Assembly (NCBI GenBank): GCA_000004985.1
Contig: GG739385.1
DNA length: 1,543 nt
Origin: Naegleria gruberi
Lineage: Eukaryota
Direction: 5' to 3' (one strand)
Below the pieces are notes generated by a model that ran no database searches, was not told the origin of the DNA, and saw only the letters and a program-made list of their open reading frames with translations. Each line of letters opens with the position of its first letter. Position 1 is the stretch's first letter. This document shows, one piece after another, positions 1 through 1,543 of this stretch. The translations under genes and the position numbers were made by a program.

Positions 1-637
1 CAAGAGAATATCTCTTATTGGATGATTGTCCTGTTATTGTAGATTCATCTTTATGATGTTGTTCCTTTTCCTCAGCTGAGGGTGACATTATAACGTCCTT
101 CTTCTTATCAACATTAATATCTTTTAATTCAATTTCCATTAGCAAATCATCATCGGATTTTACCTCATCCGAAAGGTTATTACCACTTGTATGCATCATG
201 ACAGATCCTCCACATTGTAATTCATCTTCTTGTGTTTCATCTAGTAATTGCAAGGATGCACCACCTGCAAGCTTTGATTTTGAAAAATTCATTCCTGATG
301 ATGGTGGTAGTGAGGAGAAAGGTTGTAATTTTTTGTTTTCTTCTTGATTGATGATTGTCGTTATTGTATTGACCATTTGTGTTTCATCCGATTTGGGAGT
401 GGTTATGGTAATATCGATTATTGGCAATGATGATAATGAAGTATTGGATGCATGTTCTTCTGTTGATGATGGTAGTGATTGAGCGGCATTTTGCTTTGAA
501 TCTTCATCTTGTTGATGAGGATTTATATTTGATAAGGAAGAGCTTAATTGCTCACTCCTCTCCACTCTTCCTCCAAAACTCACAGACCTCTGCAAAATGG
601 TATCAAGTCGGGGTGATGTTATTGTCGTTTGCGACAT
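1..637 (-). CDS. Partial CDS (N-terminal 212 codons; 3' end beyond window start) for a hypothetical Ser/Thr/Asn/Gln-rich low-complexity protein. No family recognised.
   Basis: Seen in sequence. Minus-strand ATG at 637..635 ('aaaaaATGtcg', A at -3). An in-frame minus-strand stop lies just upstream (plus 671-673 'tca' = TGA). The frame then stays open through all 212 codons to position 2, with no plus-strand TTA/CTA/TCA triplet in register 2,5,8... This is very unlikely by chance in DNA this AT-rich. Translation: MSQTTITSPRLDTILQRSVSFGGRVERSEQLSSSLSNINPHQQDEDSKQNAAQSLPSSTEEHASNTSLSSLPIIDITITTPKSDETQMVNTITTIINQEENKKLQPFSSLPPSSGMNFSKSKLAGGASLQLLDETQEDELQCGGSVMMHTSGNNLSDEVKSDDDLLMEIELKDINVDKKKDVIMSPSAEEKEQHHKDESTITGQSSNKRYSL... 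Yeast-like codon usage (TCA/TCT Ser, CAA Gln, GAA Glu, TTA/TTG Leu). The supplied track omitted it because it has no stop inside the window. Confidence 0.85.
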   Translation of the reverse strand, partial: MSQTTITSPRLDTILQRSVSFGGRVERSEQLSSSLSNINPHQQDEDSKQNAAQSLPSSTEEHASNTSLSSLPIIDITITTPKSDETQMVNTITTIINQEENKKLQPFSSLPPSSGMNFSKSKLAGGASLQLLDETQEDELQCGGSVMMHTSGNNLSDEVKSDDDLLMEIELKDINVDKKKDVIMSPSAEEKEQHHKDESTITGQSSNKRYSL

Positions 638-735
638 TTTTTCATCAAAAGTTAATGACTTTGGTGATTCTCAAAAACAATTTACCTTATTTTCTGTTGT
701 GCAAAATTATTGCGCCATTTTATTTGTCGGCTAAA

Positions 736-747
736 TAAATATAATAT
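736..747 (-). promoter_or_regulatory. TATA-like element for the minus-strand gene.
   Basis: The minus strand reads gtgATATTATATTTATTTag, containing TATATTTA/ATATTATA. It lies ~100-110 nt upstream of the ATG at 637, within the usual yeast TATA-to-ATG distance range. It is degenerate and sits in AT-rich DNA, so it could be chance. Confidence 0.25.
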
Positions 748-1121
748 CACAAAATAACACTCCAATAGTTCGTATACGGTTTTCTCGATATACGCCAATA
801 CTCTTCAAATTCCTTATTTCCTTACTGACCTTATCATTAAAATCTCTGTCGAATATGAATTTACCCTTTTCATATTTCACAATAATGTATAGTGTAATGT
901 ATGAAAAACCAGAAAATTCAATCCGACAGAGGTTGAATTTAGGTATATTTTGTTGTAACAAACTTTTAAGCAGTTTGGTTAGTATAACCTTGTTGATCTT
1001 TTCATGAATTGAAGAATAAGTTATCAGTAGCAACAATTGAAAATTCTAACAATTTTTTATATGATTTGTGTTTAGTTAATTGTAAATTTAAAGCACTGCT
1101 ATGCAAAGAATTAGTCGTCAA

Positions 1122-1200
1122 GTTTTTCAGATATTTCGTATTTCGGATTTGGTTTTATGGTTTTTTAAGGTTTTTTGAATTGGATAGATGGTTTTTTGGG
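1122..1200. repeat. Phased oligo(dT)/oligo(dA) tracts: G(G)TTTTT(T) repeated five times (T-runs starting 1123, 1153, 1161, 1171, 1192).
   Basis: Seen in sequence: agTTTTTcag ... ttGGTTTTatGGTTTTTTaaGGTTTTTTgaattggatagatGGTTTTTTggg. Spacings between tract starts are 30, 8, 10 and 21 bp, close to multiples of a helical turn. Inference: poly(dA:dT) nucleosome-excluding or bent-DNA element about 200-280 bp upstream of the plus-strand ATG. Confidence 0.5.
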
Positions 1201-1288
1201 CTAGTAGTTGCAATCAACTATTAGAAGGTTGATTAATGATATCCTCAATCATTATTTATTGTTATTATTATTCTTGCGAATTAATCTA

Positions 1289-1297
1289 CACGCGCAG
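1289..1297. promoter_or_regulatory. MCB-like CGCG core (cACGCGCag) upstream of the plus-strand gene.
   Basis: Seen in sequence. The only CGCG-containing element in the otherwise AT-rich intergenic region, ~110 bp upstream of the ATG at 1401. ACGCGN is the MBF (Mbp1-Swi6) MluI cell-cycle box core (established knowledge). A single copy is weak evidence. Confidence 0.25.
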
Positions 1298-1400
1298 AAG
1301 AATAAACTCAGTATTTCAGAAACGACACCTTATTTTGATCCTTAATTTGTTAATAAATTCCCGCAAATTTTGTTACAATTCTATTAATAAAACAAAAAAA

Positions 1401-1543
1401 ATGCCTGCTATTGAAATCCACGTAACACTGGAGAGAGGTAAATCTGGTAAGACAAGGATCAAAGCCTTCGCTGATGGGTTTTCCGTATCCGGATATATCA
1501 AACGTGTTTCTCACGATGTTTGTGTTGTGAGAATGGAAGCAGG
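1401..1543 (+). CDS. Partial CDS (N-terminal 47 codons; continues beyond window end) for a hypothetical protein. No confident family assignment.
   Basis: Seen in sequence. ATG at 1401 in the context aaaacaaaaaaaATGcc, the classic A-rich yeast initiation context. The frame is open to the window end: MPAIEIHVTLERGKSGKTRIKAFADGFSVSGYIKRVSHDVCVVRMEA. G+C rises sharply exactly at 1401 relative to the very AT-rich 1236-1400. Codons are those favoured in highly expressed yeast genes (AGA, GGT, GCT, TCT/TCC, ATC, GTT, TTC, AAG). Caveat: an in-frame ATG also exists at 1236 (after a TGA at 1230-1232) with no intervening stop. The 1236-1400 stretch would encode a low-complexity I/Y/N-rich peptide with non-coding-like composition, so 1401 is preferred. 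Confidence 0.6.
   Translation, partial: MPAIEIHVTLERGKSGKTRIKAFADGFSVSGYIKRVSHDVCVVRMEA

Larger units (their letters stand above)
638..1400. promoter_or_regulatory. Divergent (bidirectional) intergenic promoter region shared by the two outward-facing genes.
   Basis: Gene geometry: the minus-strand CDS starts at 637 reading left and the plus-strand CDS starts at 1401 reading right. The interval is strongly AT-rich and carries stops in all six frames apart from the chance bacterial-style TTG ORFs. It contains T/A tracts and TATA-like and MCB-like motifs. Confidence 0.6.

Noticed and set aside
421-738. Track ORF 421..738 (+), 105 aa, MAMMIMKYW...
   Set aside because: It begins with TTG, lies antisense to the well-supported minus-strand CDS and crosses into the intergenic AT-rich region. 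The peptide is hydrophobic low-complexity (M/L/V/I/F) produced by reading an S/T-rich gene backwards, so it is an artefact.
914-940. Perfect 8-bp inverted repeat aaattcaa / ttgaattt with an 11-nt spacer (potential hairpin)
   Set aside because: By rough estimate, an 8-bp AT-rich inverted repeat with short spacing is expected about once by chance in a ~760-bp AT-rich interval. There is no flanking terminator or T-run context or other supporting signal.
931-940. ggttgaattt resembling a tRNA B-box (GGTTCGANTCC)
   Set aside because: It is only a partial match and there is no A-box, acceptor stem or cloverleaf-compatible pairing nearby, so it is not a tRNA gene.
979-985. Perfect yeast branch-point consensus TACTAAC on the minus strand (plus 'gttagta'), suggesting a 5'-UTR intron for the minus-strand gene
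   Set aside because: There is no GTATGT/GTAAGT-like 5' splice site upstream of it on the minus strand (986-1400 scanned by eye). The nearest downstream AG is a poor AAG, and the first YAG is ~250 nt away. A single 7-mer match in ~1.5 kb of AT-rich DNA on two strands is not improbable by chance.
731-1036. Track ORF 731..1036 (-), 101 aa
   Set aside because: Its start is a TTG (plus 'caa' at 1034-1036) and the peptide contains no methionine, so there is no ATG in the frame. It cannot be a eukaryotic nuclear gene. The K/I/F/N-rich composition reflects AT-rich non-coding DNA.
1054-1064. ARS-consensus-like ttttatatgat (9/11 match to WTTTAYRTTTW)
   Set aside because: It is imperfect, such matches are ubiquitous in AT-rich yeast intergenic DNA, and the S. 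cerevisiae ACS is not transferable to other yeasts.
899-1075. Plus-strand intron-like trio: GTATGA (899-904) ... TTCTAAC (1044-1050) ... TTTAG (1071-1075), with good branch-point-to-3'ss spacing (25 nt)
   Set aside because: Both the 5' splice site and the branch point are non-consensus. The element lies >320 bp upstream of the plus-strand ATG with no exon evidence, and such near-matches are expected in AT-rich DNA. It is worth checking only if RNA-seq shows spliced reads here.
1009-1224. Track ORF 1009..1224 (+), 71 aa, Phe-rich
   Set aside because: It has a TTG start and no ATG in frame. The Phe-richness comes from reading through the oligo(dT) tracts at 1122-1200, so it is spurious.
1358-1364. 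ttcccgc, an E2F-like TTTCCCGC motif
   Set aside because: Fungi lack E2F. The motif does not match the SCB core (CRCGAAA) and is a single occurrence.
1353-1543. Minus-strand frame antisense to the plus gene, open from the window end to a stop at 1350-1352
   Set aside because: It has no start codon inside the window and poorer codon usage (CFHSHNTNIVRN...). It is the mirror of a G+C-richer coding segment. The plus-strand reading has an ideal initiation context and favoured codons.

Overview
The window looks like ordinary AT-rich budding-yeast (Saccharomycetales-like) chromosomal DNA, not a prokaryotic locus. It holds two divergently transcribed protein-coding genes that both run off the window edges, with a ~760-bp AT-rich intergenic region between them. 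On the minus strand, an open frame runs from an ATG at 637..635 to the window start (212 codons, no stop). It has an A-rich Kozak-like context and encodes a Ser/Thr/Asn/Gln-rich, low-complexity N-terminal region. On the plus strand, an ATG at 1401 in a classic yeast 'AAAACAAAAAAAATG' context opens a frame that stays open to the window end (47 codons). G+C rises abruptly there and the codons are translationally favoured yeast codons. The intergenic region 638..1400 should act as a bidirectional promoter. It contains ~10-bp phased oligo(dT) tracts (GGTTTTTT x4), an MCB-like ACGCGC about 110 bp upstream of the plus-strand ATG, and a TATA-like element about 100 bp upstream of the minus-strand ATG. 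The three ORFs in the supplied track all start with TTG (a bacterial start rule). Two contain no ATG at all and the third lies antisense to the real CDS, so I treat all three as spurious. The track missed both real genes because they are truncated by the window edges. I see no evidence of a defence island, mobile element, CRISPR array, tRNA or other discrete 'system'. The interesting points are modest: promoter architecture and the identity of the two partial proteins.
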